Shown here: positions 23,925-37,402 of the stretch, one piece after another | Layout: each line of letters opens with the position of its first letter | Position numbering within the stretch: the stretch's first letter is position 1 | Assembly: GCA_964036045.1 (NCBI GenBank) | Contig: OZ038378.1 | Coordinates: forward strand, 171,492,001 to 171,556,000 | Origin: Eutreptiella sp. 'Long Island Sound 2002' | Taxonomy: Eukaryota; Protista; Euglenida | DNA: 64,000 bases | Direction of reading: 5' to 3' | Notes under the pieces: generated by a model | Database searches by the model: none | Seen by the model: the letters and a program-made list of their open reading frames with translations, nothing else | What the model was told of the DNA's origin: nothing | Made by a program: the position numbers and the translations under genes

Positions 23925-24200
23925 TTGGGGGGCGCACTCAACGTAGTGTGTGCGCACTGCAAGTATTTGGGCGTGTGGCCGTACTACAAACCCATACTTT
24001 GAGATACTAGGGGTATCATTGTTGCCCCTAGCGTAGGTTTTGATGCTTCTTCCACATTGGGGATTTGGTGTTTTTGGATTTTCACCCAATTTCACCCATT
24101 ACCACCCCCTTTCACACTTTTTTGCTCATCTCAACCACAAGTTCTCCCCACCATGGGGACCCGAGAAGGCAGGGGTGATGTAGCCAATCTGCCCAATTGT
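23925..24200 (+). repeat. Dispersed repeat family copy (GGGGGCGC...GCAACTATTTGGGC...CCCATACTTTG.GATACTA...TGCTTCTT...TTTTCACCC); other copies at ~28385-28590, ~33955-34260 and ~57765-58072
   Basis: Seen: the same motif order and high similarity among the four loci. Confidence 0.8.
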
Positions 24201-27200
24201 GGGCCTTCAACCTGCCGGTGCTATTGGGGAAACCGGGCCAATTATCATGAACCTTCCAGTTGTGTGTTGGGGTCATTCCGTGGTGTGAGTGCGAGTTTGA
24301 GGATGAAGTGTGGTTGCTCCTTCTGACATTTTCCGCGGTGTTGGTGGCACAGCTTGTGTCCTGTGTTGTTGAGGGTGGTTACCTGGGGTTGCGACCATCG
24401 CTGTTCTTGGCTTTCCGCATTTTGCATGATGTGTGACCTCTCGCATTTTTTTTTTTAAAACCTGCCCTCTTCGCCCCAAACCCAACGGATGGGCAACCCA
24501 CCCACCTGTCCACAAAGGGAGGATTTCCTCCTCAACCGGAAGTACCAACCAGCATACTCTTTCAGCCTTTATGCCTCCCCGCCCCCTGCGCCCCCCTCCT
24601 CTCCCTTCTAGCAGTGCAGCCAACCATACCCACAAAACAAAATGCCTGGCACCAATGAGGCCCGCGGCACCCAGGCAAACCCAAAAGTAGCGCGCCATCA
24701 CGGACATGTTCATTCCTCCTCACAGCTGTGACTTCAGGCTCACAGGCCTGGCCCGCCCACAACCGGCTGTGGTTGTGAGGCGACCACAATTACCAGCCTC
24801 CCAGTCAGACAAAAAATAACTATGCTCCGTCCCTGAGCTCAAAGATAGATGGGTATTGGGCTGCCTCAGTTATGACGTTGTTTTTGAACCGCAAAATGTT
24901 TTCAGCTCTCGGAGCCCCACCACTGCACCCCTGTCTGCAGGAACCCCAAGTGGCTGCTTCTCTTTGTGGATGGTGTGGGCTGGTGTCATCACTTCAGTAC
25001 TTGCCGTGCTCGAGGGTTTGGGGCCCCATTTCACAGCTCTGCTTCGAGCTCCAAATGGACGAACAACCCTAAATTCACGCACATGACACACGCTGGATTG
25101 TTGTCGCACAACTCACCTTTCAGGTTTGGGGATCTGTGCTGCTGTTCTCTCCCCTTCTGCCCACCAATTGTCCATGCCAGTTGAGATGTTCCATGTCTAC
25201 TAAGTGCGCCCTCCCTATGTTCTCTATGGGATGAGACGAGTGATCCACAGTTGTGCCAGTGCTGTGGTGAAGTGAACCTATCCACAGAACTATCACAGGC
25301 CAGAGTCAGAGGAGGAATGGCATTGGCTTCCCCATTACCGAAGCTCAACGGCAATCTAGCCTGGACAGCTCCGCCTCATCCATAAATGAGGAGGTGTTCT
25401 GGACGTAGCTGTACAAACATGTGGGTGATTGTTCCTTCCCGTCTTTTCAGGAGCAGCACAACATAACACGTTCTTTTCCCTCTGGAGCAGCGTCCCAATC
25501 CCCGCTGTAGGGGTTACTGAATCGGAGATGTGCCCCCATCAAAACTGAAGGAATCCAGTGATGTGTCGTCCGAATGGGTTGTCTTGCCCAGCCAGAGTTT
25601 GACGGTCCTGGTGCACAGCCACATGCGGGGTAATTTGGCTGCATGATCCCCCCGTCCTGGAGCTAACCAAGGCACCTGCTGTTCAACAGCAGAGGATGCT
25701 CAGTAGCAGAGCGGACAAGAACATTGGGTTGCTGTAATCCAGTTCAACTGGACTTTTTTGAGCTGAAGCCAATGCCCCTTTGCCAGTCTGGGTTGATGCT
25801 AATGCCGTGCCCAGGATATGCCGTTATGGGTGAAATATCTTTTCAAGCGGCATTAGATCCATGGCCGTAGCCTACCAGTGAGATTCCCCACGGATGTACC
25901 TACCCCAGAAACACACACAAAACATCCCTCACACAAGGCCCAAATACCACAGCCCAACTATGAATAGCCCCGAGCATGCTTTGCAGAGAGCTACAACAGT
26001 GCAAACAGGTGATGCCACAATAGTGGGGCTGAGAAGAGCATTTCTGCTCTTGACCTTGTTGCAGACTTGGGTAGTCCTTGAAAAGCTTTTTTTGTTCCCT
26101 CTAGGAGTGCTAGATCCTCCTTTGCACCGTATGATAGGGGCGAAGTAATTTGGACACATCAGTGTCAAGTTCTTGTGTTGCTTTTGCAAAACTCCCAGTC
26201 AAAACAAACAGGACACTCTGATCTCACAGAAGACAATGAGGCAACCTTCAACAAAACCCGCTGTCTGGGTTGTGCTGTATGTTTCAAACCTGCATTTATT
26301 GCTTTGGTGAGAGCACAACTCTTTGTCCGCGTGAGCGCACCATGGTTTCTGTGGTCCCAACCCCAAGACAATGTGGTGTCGATGTCTTATGCATTCTTTT
26401 AAGTGAAACAAACCCCCAAGAACCAGGTCGAAGAGAGGCTGTTAGATCAAGCACAGGTACGCATTCGCATAGCATACCAGTGTACTAATTCGGACATTTA
26501 AACCCTTGTCATCCTTTCAGGACATTGTGTGAAACAACCTGAAAATGCAGTTTTTACACCCAAACCGTTTTTTGTTGATATTCTGACCACCCATGATGAT
26601 CAAGTATCATATGTACCACTGTTTTGGGCCTTGTTTATACTGTTTTGCTGATGCACAGTTTCGTACAAAATTTTGAAATTGATTTTGATGAAATTTTTGA
26701 TTTGGTAAAAAAATCGATTTTGATTTTGTCAAAAGTGAGGCATAAACTCAGCCCCCACAATGTTCCATGTCCCTATGTGCTCCAAGCCCTCTTCGTGCTC
26801 TGGAGGCAATAGAATTTTTCAATTATGGCCCACCCAACCCTGAAACATGTGTATCCCATTTTTGAAATGGGCTGGAGTGTTGATTCCTTCATTCGCCCGG
26901 CCCCGCTTTTGAATTGTCAATCACATTGGGCAGAATTAAGCTGTACCCCCGCTATGGGAAACACCGCATACCCTCTCTTTTGGGCCAAGGGCCAAGGGGC
27001 CAACTCAGTGTACAGCCGTTTGTAAAATCCTTTTTTTCTGAGGCAGAAGTATGCTCCACAGAATTTTTTGTTGGGGCCCGCCAAAACCTCACCGCATTGA
27101 AAACCATTTTTCACGGGAGATTCAGACATTTGGTTGGTCTGCCACTACAGTAGCAACGGATTGCCCCCCGACAGCGTCCCCACATGTGGACATGCTCCAC

Positions 27201-27745
27201 ACGCATGAAGCTAAAGGTTTACCTATTCTTGCTGTACATATGTTCTGGGCCTAGATGCCCACGCACACCATTGGTCCGACGTCCTGAACTGATCTTGGTG
27301 TCAGCATAAAAAAAAAACATTTGGTTGGTCTACTGTACCACCATACGTTCAGCCCCCCCCCCCCCCCCCCAACAGGACCCGCGACCAGTGGTGGGTCCTA
27401 TTTCCCTTGGGTTATGCTTGTTTTTGTACTTGGGGTCTCCTTTTTTGGTAGTCGTGCTTCCATCAATAAAAAAGAGTGTTCTTGGGTTACAGCAAACAGC
27501 AATGTACCTGGGTCCCCCCCCCCCCTTGGGGCCGTAAGGTCCAACAACAACATTCCAATTATTATTTGGGCCTCTCTGATGTAGAGTCCTGAATATGGCA
27601 AAGGTAGCTATCTTCGTCCCGTCCACTTCGGGATGCGTTATACAGCCACTTCAGTGCTCTCTGCTTTGGGGTCCCCAACATGGTAGGGCTATGTAGCCAT
27701 TTGCCTCCCCTGTGCTTTGGAGTCCCCGATATATGAGGGGTTATG

Positions 27746-27945
27746 NNNNNNNNNNNNNNNNNNNNNNNNNNNNNNNNNNNNNNNNNNNNNNNNNNNNNNN
27801 NNNNNNNNNNNNNNNNNNNNNNNNNNNNNNNNNNNNNNNNNNNNNNNNNNNNNNNNNNNNNNNNNNNNNNNNNNNNNNNNNNNNNNNNNNNNNNNNNNNN
27901 NNNNNNNNNNNNNNNNNNNNNNNNNNNNNNNNNNNNNNNNNNNNN
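27746..27945. other. Assembly gap (200 N)
   Basis: Seen: run of N immediately after degenerate copies of the GGGGTCCCC...GGGGTTATGTAGCCA repeat core. Confidence 1.
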
Positions 27946-30159
27946 CCTGCATACCACAGTAGATCATGCTTCATCGGATTGTCGGTTTGCATAATATTTG
28001 TGATGGTCCGTGTCTGTGCTCCTTTTTGTTATGGTGGATGACAAGGACATTGAACACACCGTGAAAGGACCTTAGAAACCGAAATCATAGAAGTGGGGTA
28101 GCACCTTCAATGCTGCGAAGCGTGCTTGGCAGTTTCAAGGTGATTTTATTGCCAAGACGAGGACATCATGTGGTGTACATCATGCCAATGCTCTTTGTCT
28201 TGGCTGGGGAAACTATTTGGCTTGGCTAGGGAAACTATTTGGGGTCCGCCAGCGACAAACTGCCAAACTGAATGCGCGGAAGCCAAAAGTAGCAGCCCAA
28301 TCTCAGTGCCCTACTTGAATATCAACCACAGCCACAAATATCACCACAACCCTCCCCAAGTACATCAAGCTTTGTAGTTTATTCAGAGGGGGCGCCCTTT
28401 GCGCATTGCAACTATTTGGGCATCTAACCGTATTGGAGACCCATACTTTGTGATACTAGGGGCATCATTGTTGCCTCTAGCATAGGTTTTCATGCTTCTT
28501 CCACTTTGGGGATATGGCATTTTTGGATTTTCACCCACTTTCACCCGTTTCCACCCCTTTTCACACTTTTTTTTTCTCATCCTCACCATGGACTCCCACA
28601 CTTTGGTGTGGGCCCTTGAGTTGGGGTGATGGACTCCCACGCTTTGGCGTGGCCCCTCGAGTTGACGTGACGGACTCCCCAGTTTTTGCCTGACCACAGT
28701 CGAATGCTCTATGCGAGGCCGCATCTGTGCTGATGAGGATGCCTGGTTGTACCACAAGTTGAAAACGGAGGTTGACCTGCATTCCCTCCTGCAAGCCACA
28801 TTACCCGCCGGTCCGGTTGAGGATGAGGTGGACACATACGCAGCTTTGGGACTAGCTGGTAGGGTGAGTGAGCTTTCAATTGACCAAAAAGAGGATATGT
28901 GTGTGGCTTTCCGCATTTTGCATGATGTCTTATATAAAGGGAAGGTAGCTTGCATTTGTCTTGAGCTAGGGTAGTTTGGGTGACCTAAATTTAGGGGCGT
29001 TTGGGTGGCCTAATTTTGAGGATGTTTGGAAGGGGTCGGTATGGCGGTTCTTCATAGGGGAATCTAGTCTAAAAGTAGCGCGCAGTGTGCGCGCAGTGCA
29101 AGGATGGCCCCAGAGAATTGGGTATCTAAAGCTGTCTTCAAAAATCTGCAAAGGCAAAAAGGCCGCAGCTCTCGTCATGGCAAGTAATCATTTACTGGCC
29201 GGTTGTGGTTCAAGCTAGTTAGGAACAACCACAGAATTACCTGCAATTGCAAACCAGAAACTACGTGAAAAATACCGTGAAAAATACCGTTAAATAATAA
29301 ATCACGTTAAATCATGTTTCATCCAGGTCAGCCCAATCATGTTTTACTGAAAAACCCTGGTGGTTTTCAGACAACCACCTGTTTTAGGGTAGAAATATGG
29401 TGGAGTGTATAAATTTCGTGCCACCTTATGGTAGCATACCCATAATTTGGCTCCATCTTGTCTTCCAGCGAACACCTCTTCTAGGTGCAAATATGGTGTA
29501 ATGCTCAAGTTGATTTTCATGCCATGGCTCCATTGCTTTAACCATACCAGGGTCTCCAACAAGTCTGTGGGCTTATATGCGCACCACCTCTCATAGCAAT
29601 AGCAGTAGTTGGGTTCTTCTTGTTGTTTTTTTCTCCCTTTTTGTTTCAAAGAAACTCATCTTGGGTATAACAAAACAAAAAAGGTGCACTCAGGCTACAT
29701 AACCCCCCCCCCCCCCACACACATTTTTTGTGCCCTGGGATCACCTTAAGGAAACAGTGTACTTGGTTTACAGCAAAAAATACTTGGGTCACATATTTCA
29801 TGGTTACATTTATGTGGTGCCTGCGAAGATTTGGGCATGGCACAGGAGCAAAGCACCCAACATGTGCCCTGCCTGAAAAAGTGCCCGCTGGGGCAAGCTG
29901 GGCCAAGTGCACCAGAATGGGGTGCCCGCAAAGTGCCTGAGAAGGCCCGGGCATGACCGCAAGGCAAAGTGCCTGCAAAAGTGCCCTTGAAGGCATAGGG
30001 TAAAGCCCCCGCCCCCAGCCCTCAGCCCAACTCCCTCCCCCTCTTGGAAACACCAACTGGCAAACCGCTCCACCTTTATCCCCCCCCCCCCCCCCCTGTC
30101 CCCTGCCTTTTGCCTTGATGGTATACCATCCCCTCCCTGGGGCCATATCTCTGCAACAG

Positions 30160-33100
30160 CCATCATTGGCTTCATGCTGCCCTGCACCACAGTGACTGGA
30201 ATGCAGCTGCCTTTGGGTACTGTGATGGAGTGCATTCCTGGGCATCCGCCAAAAGGCCACCCTCGTGGGAGGCAAGCCTATCTCTTCAAAGGACAGCACA
30301 ACCTCTTGACATATCTGGAATGGCTGCAGGAGGAGCATGGCCTGCAAGAAGTACGGGAGGTTGTGGTTATGGGCTTTGGCTACGGTGCTTTGGCGACGTT
30401 ATTGCACCTACCGCTGCTGCGTCAGTGGCTGCCAGAATCTGTCCGCAGTATGTCCAGAGGTTGCGGGTTGCCCCAATACTGTAACGAACCCTCTAGCCTT
30501 AGGTTAGTGACTCAATAACAAGTCTCAGCCCAGCTGCCAGCTGCTTTAGATGCTGCCAATCATGGGACAATGGCGGGATCCCAGTAGTCGCCCTACCTCT
30601 TCTTGGTCTCCATCTCTCACACTGCCCAGCAATCATCTGCAGCTTCCCCTAGGCAAAAACTGTCTGCATAACTTGATGCGCTGCATGGCTTGCTGCAATT
30701 TTGAGATGCCTCTTTCTCTTTTGACTTTTGGTACCAATTTCCCATTTGAAGTTTATTGCAACGACACCTCTCATGTCCCCAGTGTCCCCGCATCTGGATT
30801 CGCCCCGTGCTTTCCTGCATCACCTCCTATTGGCATCACACCCGTGCGTGTGCCAAATCGGAGCCGGTGCATCGGCGGCTCACGACAGCCGCCCAGTTAC
30901 GAGGCCAGGACAGGGTCGTGTGCACACTGCCACCGCAAGATTGCATTGGCCCTGCTGAGAGGGCTCTCACCATCCATTTGAATGCTGGGCATCCCCTCAT
31001 ACTGCCGATGGCCACGAACACTCCAGAGACAGGATCCTGGAAGTCTCCAGCAAAATAGTTCTGGTCCTTTGGCAGTATGTTTGGTCCATGTTGGTCTGAG
31101 GCATCTAATTCTCTCTGCATGCACCTCCATTCTCCCCCTCTCCACTGCAGCTCCTTCCACCCGCCTTTTGTTTGCCCCTCTTCTGTTAGCCCCTTTTTCC
31201 TCATTTGCATCTTTCTCGTGCCAGCACATCCCCTACCTCTGTGCCTCACTTCTGCCCCACAGCACCTCTGCCCACTTGCCGTTCCTGTTCCTGTTCCTGT
31301 TCCTGTTCCCGTTCGGGTTCCGGTTCCTGTTCTTCCCCTCTCCATGTCATAGTTGCCTCATCTCTTTCGTTTCTCCGTGATCACATTCCACACTCACAGC
31401 ACTTCCTTCCCGCCCCCCACACCTCCCCTGTTCCCACAAAGCAGCATCTGCCTCCATTCCTGCCTTGTTCCATATTCACCTGCATCCGTTCTCCCCGTTG
31501 CCCGCATCACAGTGCCACCGCCATTCCACTACCCGCTGTCCTTGATACCCTTCATTGCTTCTTTGCGGCTCCTTAGTGTCTGCTGTGGTTGAGGCCCCCA
31601 TGTATCTTCATGTCCCGGAGCTGAAGCATGGGCAGGAGGGAGAGCCGCCGCATGCGCATGGCCCTGGACGCATGGAACGCCTCGGGCAGCCTAGTCCCTG
31701 AGTGCGTGGCAAAGCACTCCAAGAGCCCTGGCTCTGTTTTTTCCCAGAGTACTTTGGGCAATGGCTGCCTCCAAATGTGCCCCTGATGGTGGCACAGAGG
31801 CGTTTGGAACCGTTTGCACTGAAGCTTTATGCAGGTCTTGGCCCCAAGCAGGAAGTGAGCGAGGATGTGCGGGCTGCTCTAGTGCCGCGTGTGAAGGCAT
31901 CCCTGGAGGCGGTCAGGTGTGTGGGTGTATTGGATGCAGGGCTTTGCTCAGTGGCTACCCAATCCCCCGGTTTGTGTGCCTCTTGGCAACGCAACCACGA
32001 ACCCCCCCCCCCCCCCCCGCCCCTCTCCCTATCTACATCAAGCGGAGACCAGTACACAGGCAGCCCGAGAGACACGGACGGACAAACCAACCAGTTTGCC
32101 CAGGCCTCACTGCAGAGCCCTAGCGGAACAATTACCTACAGCATAACTGCCGAAGCCCCACTGCAGGCTCTGGCACCACCATTCTTCCGCCCTTTGGAAT
32201 TCAGCGTAGATAAGTCTGATTTCCGCCCTTACAAAGTGGTGGGGTAGACATGATGCTGATGCACAGATACCAAATGACACATTGATGATCCCCCCCTCCC
32301 AACACACACCCGAACCTCCAAATATTCAAAATTTTGGAATTTTCGAAGTCTCCAAATCTTCGTATCCACCAAATCTGCAAATCGGGGCACCTGCGATGCA
32401 CGCCGCCGAGTGGCACGCCCAGTGGTGCAACCCAATGCCAGCAGCATTGGGGCAACTTTGCTGTACCTGCCAGAACTAACACCAGTGACAGCTCAGTAAG
32501 ACCCAGTGATCTACTTTCTGCAGGGCGCTGGTTGGATCAGCCACCAAGAGGAGAATCCCTCAACAACAGAAGCCCCAGACCAGCAGGTGCTGATGAGACC
32601 TATCTCTAATGAGGGCAGAAACATTGCATCGTGCGGCGCCAGATGTTTCCCAGAAAAAGTTAACCACCAGTGAAGTGCTGATGCACCTGAACCTGTGAAG
32701 TGCTGATGCACCCCATGCACATCACTTCATCATCCTCAAAAAAGATGTGCCCACAAAAAACATATGCTGGTTTGTCACAGAGAAAATGGAGGGGCATTGG
32801 TCATGTGGGCTGGTGCAGTGGGATGGTGTCCGGGGTGGGGGGGAGGTGGGAAGGCTGCTAACAGGCCCCCAAGCCCTCCCAACCTCATTATTGGCGCAGC
32901 TACAATTCCCCCCTCCTCCCCCCTGCTGCTATCACTAGTCAGCATTGAGGACCCCCTCCCCCGAAGGGGGGCAGCCTGTTCCAATCAGCCCCCCCCCCCC
33001 CCCCCCAACTTTGTCTTGTCTTGTCCTGACCTGGAACCTAATCGGTGGGCGCCAGTGGAGCCCTGTGAATGTGTGGAGCAATTGATGACAGCACATTGCT

Positions 33101-36100
33101 GGACAGCTTGGACAATTTATGTTGCAGCTCTGCTGCGAGATACATGAAGTACTGTTGGAATGCCAGAGTGACACTGGAGGGTGACGACCATTGTTGATTT
33201 ATGGCCAGACCCCCAAAGTTCTGCAACCCGGCTTTCTGCAGTTTGAGATTTTGGGGAAATTGTTGGCCCCAAAGGCTCCGGAAAATCACCTCGAAGAGAG
33301 GTTGTATCAAGCGCAGGCGCGGGCGTCGTATACCCCCCTTTTTGGGGGTCATTCGCGTAGCATACCCCAAGGCATGCTGTTTGATGTCCAACCCCTTGTA
33401 AAATCATTATTTTGCCCAATAAGACGATCCCCCTATGGATTTTTTGATTCTGAGGCCTCTATCCCTGACACTGGATATCACTTTTGGGGGGGGTCAAAAG
33501 TTTATGCTCAGAAGTTTGTGCTCAGCGGGGTTTGAACGAGGTTGAGATTGGGCAGCGATGACCAGTTGGCTGGTGCCCCAGGGGTCGGCTGACTGGGAAA
33601 CGAACTGCCGAGCTGCACGTCTGCGGTCGGGTGCATTACCGTTTGACTGTTGCTTGATCTGATGATATTTGTGCTCCCCACTGCTTGAAGCCAAGTCTGC
33701 CACTGAAAAACCCAAACTGTGTGTTTCTGTCTGCCTGCCTGCTTGCTCGACTGACTGTCTGACTGACTGCTTGCTTGACTAACTGACTGATTGGCTTCGA
33801 GGTGCACTGCCGAAGGCAATAGAAAAATTTTTTGGCCCCCCGGGGGAGGAATTTTTTTTTTACCCTATGTGCCTATGGGGGAGCGTTAGCGCGCCGGGCA
33901 TGCGCCGGGCGCGCCCGGGCATCTTTTTTGACCCGTGCCCCACCGGTGACCTTTTAGGGGCCGCACTAAAAGCAACTATTTGGACGTCTAGCTGTCCTAG
34001 AACCCCATACTTTGTGATACTATGGGCATTGTTGTGGTTTGACAAAGGGTATTTTGATGCTTCTTTCACATTCGGGACGTGGTATATTTGGATTCTCACC
34101 CAGTTTAACCAATTTTCTTCCATTTTTGCTCGTTTCCACCACATCCACTCCTTACTAGGTTGATTTCTCCCCACCCTGGGGACCTCAAGAAAGCAGGGGT
34201 AATGTAGCCATATTGATTTCTCCCCACCATGGGGACCCCGAGAAGGCAGGGGTGATGTAGCGAATACTGAGTTTGCGCTTCGTTCTTATGACGTGAGGCA
34301 GAAACGCTGTCCAAACCGCTTGCGGCTTGGGGACTCATTACCATAGCGAAATCTATGGGAAAGGTAAAGGCAAAGTACCCTTTGTTAAGTAAAATACAAA
34401 TGACATTTGGAGTTGTGAATTCACAGCTATTGTCTAATTCTGCGACGTGCTTTGTAGGGAAGGTGTGCAGTCCATAATGGTCTATTTGGGGGGCCTTCTC
34501 CATCAGAGGGTAAATCTCGGGCTGAAGTCGGGATAGTTAATAGAAAGGTAGCGCGCCGGGCGCGGAGCCGGGCAAACATTCCCCCTATACTCAAAATACT
34601 CATAATTTTGTGGAAAATTCAAAATGGATGAAAAGCACAAAAAAATTTGACTGGCCTCCGGGTTGCACTGATGGGAGCCTCAGCCGATGGTCAATTTTTT
34701 TTGAAAATTTTTTGACTCCTGTTGCGTGTGTTCAAAATGATAAGCGCGCCATGGGGATCACTTTGAGGTATGTATGTCCCCCCCCCCCCCCCCCCGGACA
34801 CCGGTGGTTGACCGTCGACCCACCCCCCCCCCCCTTCCCCCCTTCCTCCGGACCCCCAAAAGTTCTCGGACACGGTTGGGTGTTGAACAGCCCCCCCCCC
34901 CCCAACCCACAATAGGAAAATACCGCACCAAGGGTGAAAAAAACCCCCACCACAGACCGTCACTTTAGGGGCAGTGGGGCAAAGTAAGGGAAAGGGATAG
35001 CATAGGCACTGCAAAATACCACGCATATAAAGCAAGTTGGTTAAGCAACAGCTCACGCGAAATGTCTGCATATGCAGCTCACCACTGATTCGTAGCAATT
35101 GGTGATCTGAAACCCTCTCGCCAAGTGTTCCCACTTCCTACATGAGTGGTGGAGAACACCCTTTGGACTTCAAGGTCTTCAAATGACTTTGAAGCTTGTC
35201 AGGCTGTTGCAGCGGCTACCTAGGGCAAATTTTTGATGCCGCAGTGCTTTCTTTGTGTCACACATTACCCCCCCCCCCCCTGCAACCCCCCCCCCCCTTG
35301 CAATCCCCCCCCCCCGGGAGACCGTCACTTCCATGTTTTTCTAGTTACCATGTATTGTGTTGGGTTGTGTTGCCCATCTGCTTTACGCATGGCCTTGCAT
35401 TGCTTTCCCATTACTTCAAATGAAGCACCTGTGTGTGTTTTGTGATATTCTCGCTCCAAAGGCCAGCCTCCAAACGGACTGGTCTGCCTTTGCAAGCGGG
35501 CGCTAAAGCGGCTGCCAAACCAGCCCCGCACGCCATTGCCTCCTCCTCATCAGCCAGTGCAACACGCCCCGTGCCTGTCATGCAAACTGAGCATGTGCAA
35601 CAGTTCAAAGTGTGTTATTCTCGTACCCAGAAGTTCTTTACCGTTCCTTTGGATCCTCAATAACATTTGTGTTGGATGAAACACATTGGCACCGCATCAA
35701 CGCAAAAGTCGCTTCACACGTGTTCTCTTTGCTTGCATCAGTGGAGGGTACCAAAGTTTGCCTTGAAATACCCTTGCAATCCCCCCCCCCCCCCCCCGGG
35801 AGACCGTCACTTGGCGACCGTCTCCCCCCCCCCACCCGGGAGACCGTCGCGCACTAACCCGGGAGTTTGCAAAGGGGGGGGGGGGGGGGGCAGGGTAGCT
35901 TCTCCTACAAGCTTGCCACTGATCCCTAATCCTCGGGTTGGTGTCCTAGTTTCTAGTCACTAGTATTAGGCGGTTTGGGTCACTAGTAGTAGTCGGTTTG
36001 GGTTGTAGGGCCTAGGCCTCACCTTGACCAACGGGAGGCTAGCACCCAGGCTGCCCAGCAGCACCTCAATGAAGTACAGCCACCTCGGACACAAGCTCGG

Positions 36101-37402
36101 GCAAGGCGCGGCAGAGCCGTGAACCCAGGCATGCCCTGCGCCAGGTGATCACACACACCAGCACCCACCTCCCCCACACAGTGACCCCAGCACCTGCCAA
36201 CCACACACACCACACACCTGACCCCCTCCCCCCCATCCCATCCCCAGAAATCAGTGCTCATATGCCATCCTCTGCGTCAAAGGGGCTACCCGCCCTGCTG
36301 CCCTGCACCCTTTCCAGGGAGAACCTGGTGGCAAAGGCCCCGCCAGCACGCACTGGCACCGATCAACCACGCAGCCCCCCCCCCCCCCCCCCCGGCAGGG
36401 AAAGGGAGGGCACAAGGTAGTGAGGCCGATGGGCGCTGCCGCCTATGGAGGGAAAGGGTTCAAGGAAAGGGCAAGGGTAAGTGGCGAGAGGCCAATAGGC
36501 GCCGCCAGCTGCAGACAGCAATACAACGAGGCGTCATGCCAAGCCCCACCCCCCCCTCCTCCAACTAGCACACTAAGCCTTTATGGTATCCCCCTGCTAC
36601 CCCTCTCCAGGGGTAATTTTGTGGTATATTGTGTGGGGCGGGGGGATAGGCCCGCTGATGGCAGATTCTTGTGTGCTTGTGTGGAGGGGAGGGAGGTCGG
36701 TGGGCTGTTGAGCCAGCCCCACGCTCACAAAATTCAGGTTGGAACTGCAGCACCTGAGAGAGCAGGGGTATCCTTTCCTGGTGGATGGGTTGCTGGGGTT
36801 GGTAGATTATCCCTGTTGTTTGGATTTTTTGACAATTGAGGTTGATGGCCAGTGTGCGTCCTTGTCCCACTTTCTTTCTACCCCTTGGTTGGGCGGACAA
36901 TATTTGGAGGGTAATGAGCACTGCTTTCAGAGTGACCAATAGCAGTCAGAGAGGAGCTGACGGTGATAGAAAGGGGACGTGTGTCGGGTGAAGGGCTTGT
37001 GCTATCCAAGGGCATTCTGCAACCCCCATGCCACTGCACTTGTATAGGCCGTCCGGCGTAATCCGACTGTGCGGGGATGCATCAATACTGACCTCCGCAC
37101 AGTGCAACGAGGTCCGTGTGGAGGGGAAGGCCACACCATGCGGGCTGGTCTCCCAGTGGTACGCAAATGAGGGGCGGACCCCGATGGTGCTGGAGGAGGA
37201 ATGCACATGATGTGCAGTGGGAGTGGCAGAGGCGACGCGCGCCTTGCCATGTGCGCCGCACCCTTTTCTGGCTCCGTGTGAACCGATAGCTCAGCACCTG
37301 CAGGCTCGCAACTGGTGGTTCGACGATGACTGGTCGGCCGACCTTCTCTCTCTTGCCCCTCTGTCCGTGAAACTGGCGGTGCTTGGTTTCTACACCACTT
37401 GA
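30160..37402 (+). pseudogene. Pectinacetylesterase/Notum-like gene, exons ~30160-30447, ~31595-31918 and possibly ~37050-37400, disrupted
   Basis: Seen: across two single-base deletions, DWNAAAFGYCDG(S)AFLGIRQKATLVGGKPI(Y)FKGQHNLLTYLEWLQEEHGLQEVREVVVMGFGYGALATLLH. Second exon WNASGSLVPECVAKH...EPWLCFFPEY. These match PAE-family YCDG, YFxG and CFFPQY motifs. The third exon is weaker. Confidence 0.65.
31281..31332. repeat. (GTTCCT)n hexamer microsatellite
   Basis: Seen directly. Confidence 0.9.

Noticed and set aside
27562-28041. ORFs spanning the N run
   Set aside because: Artefacts of the assembly gap.
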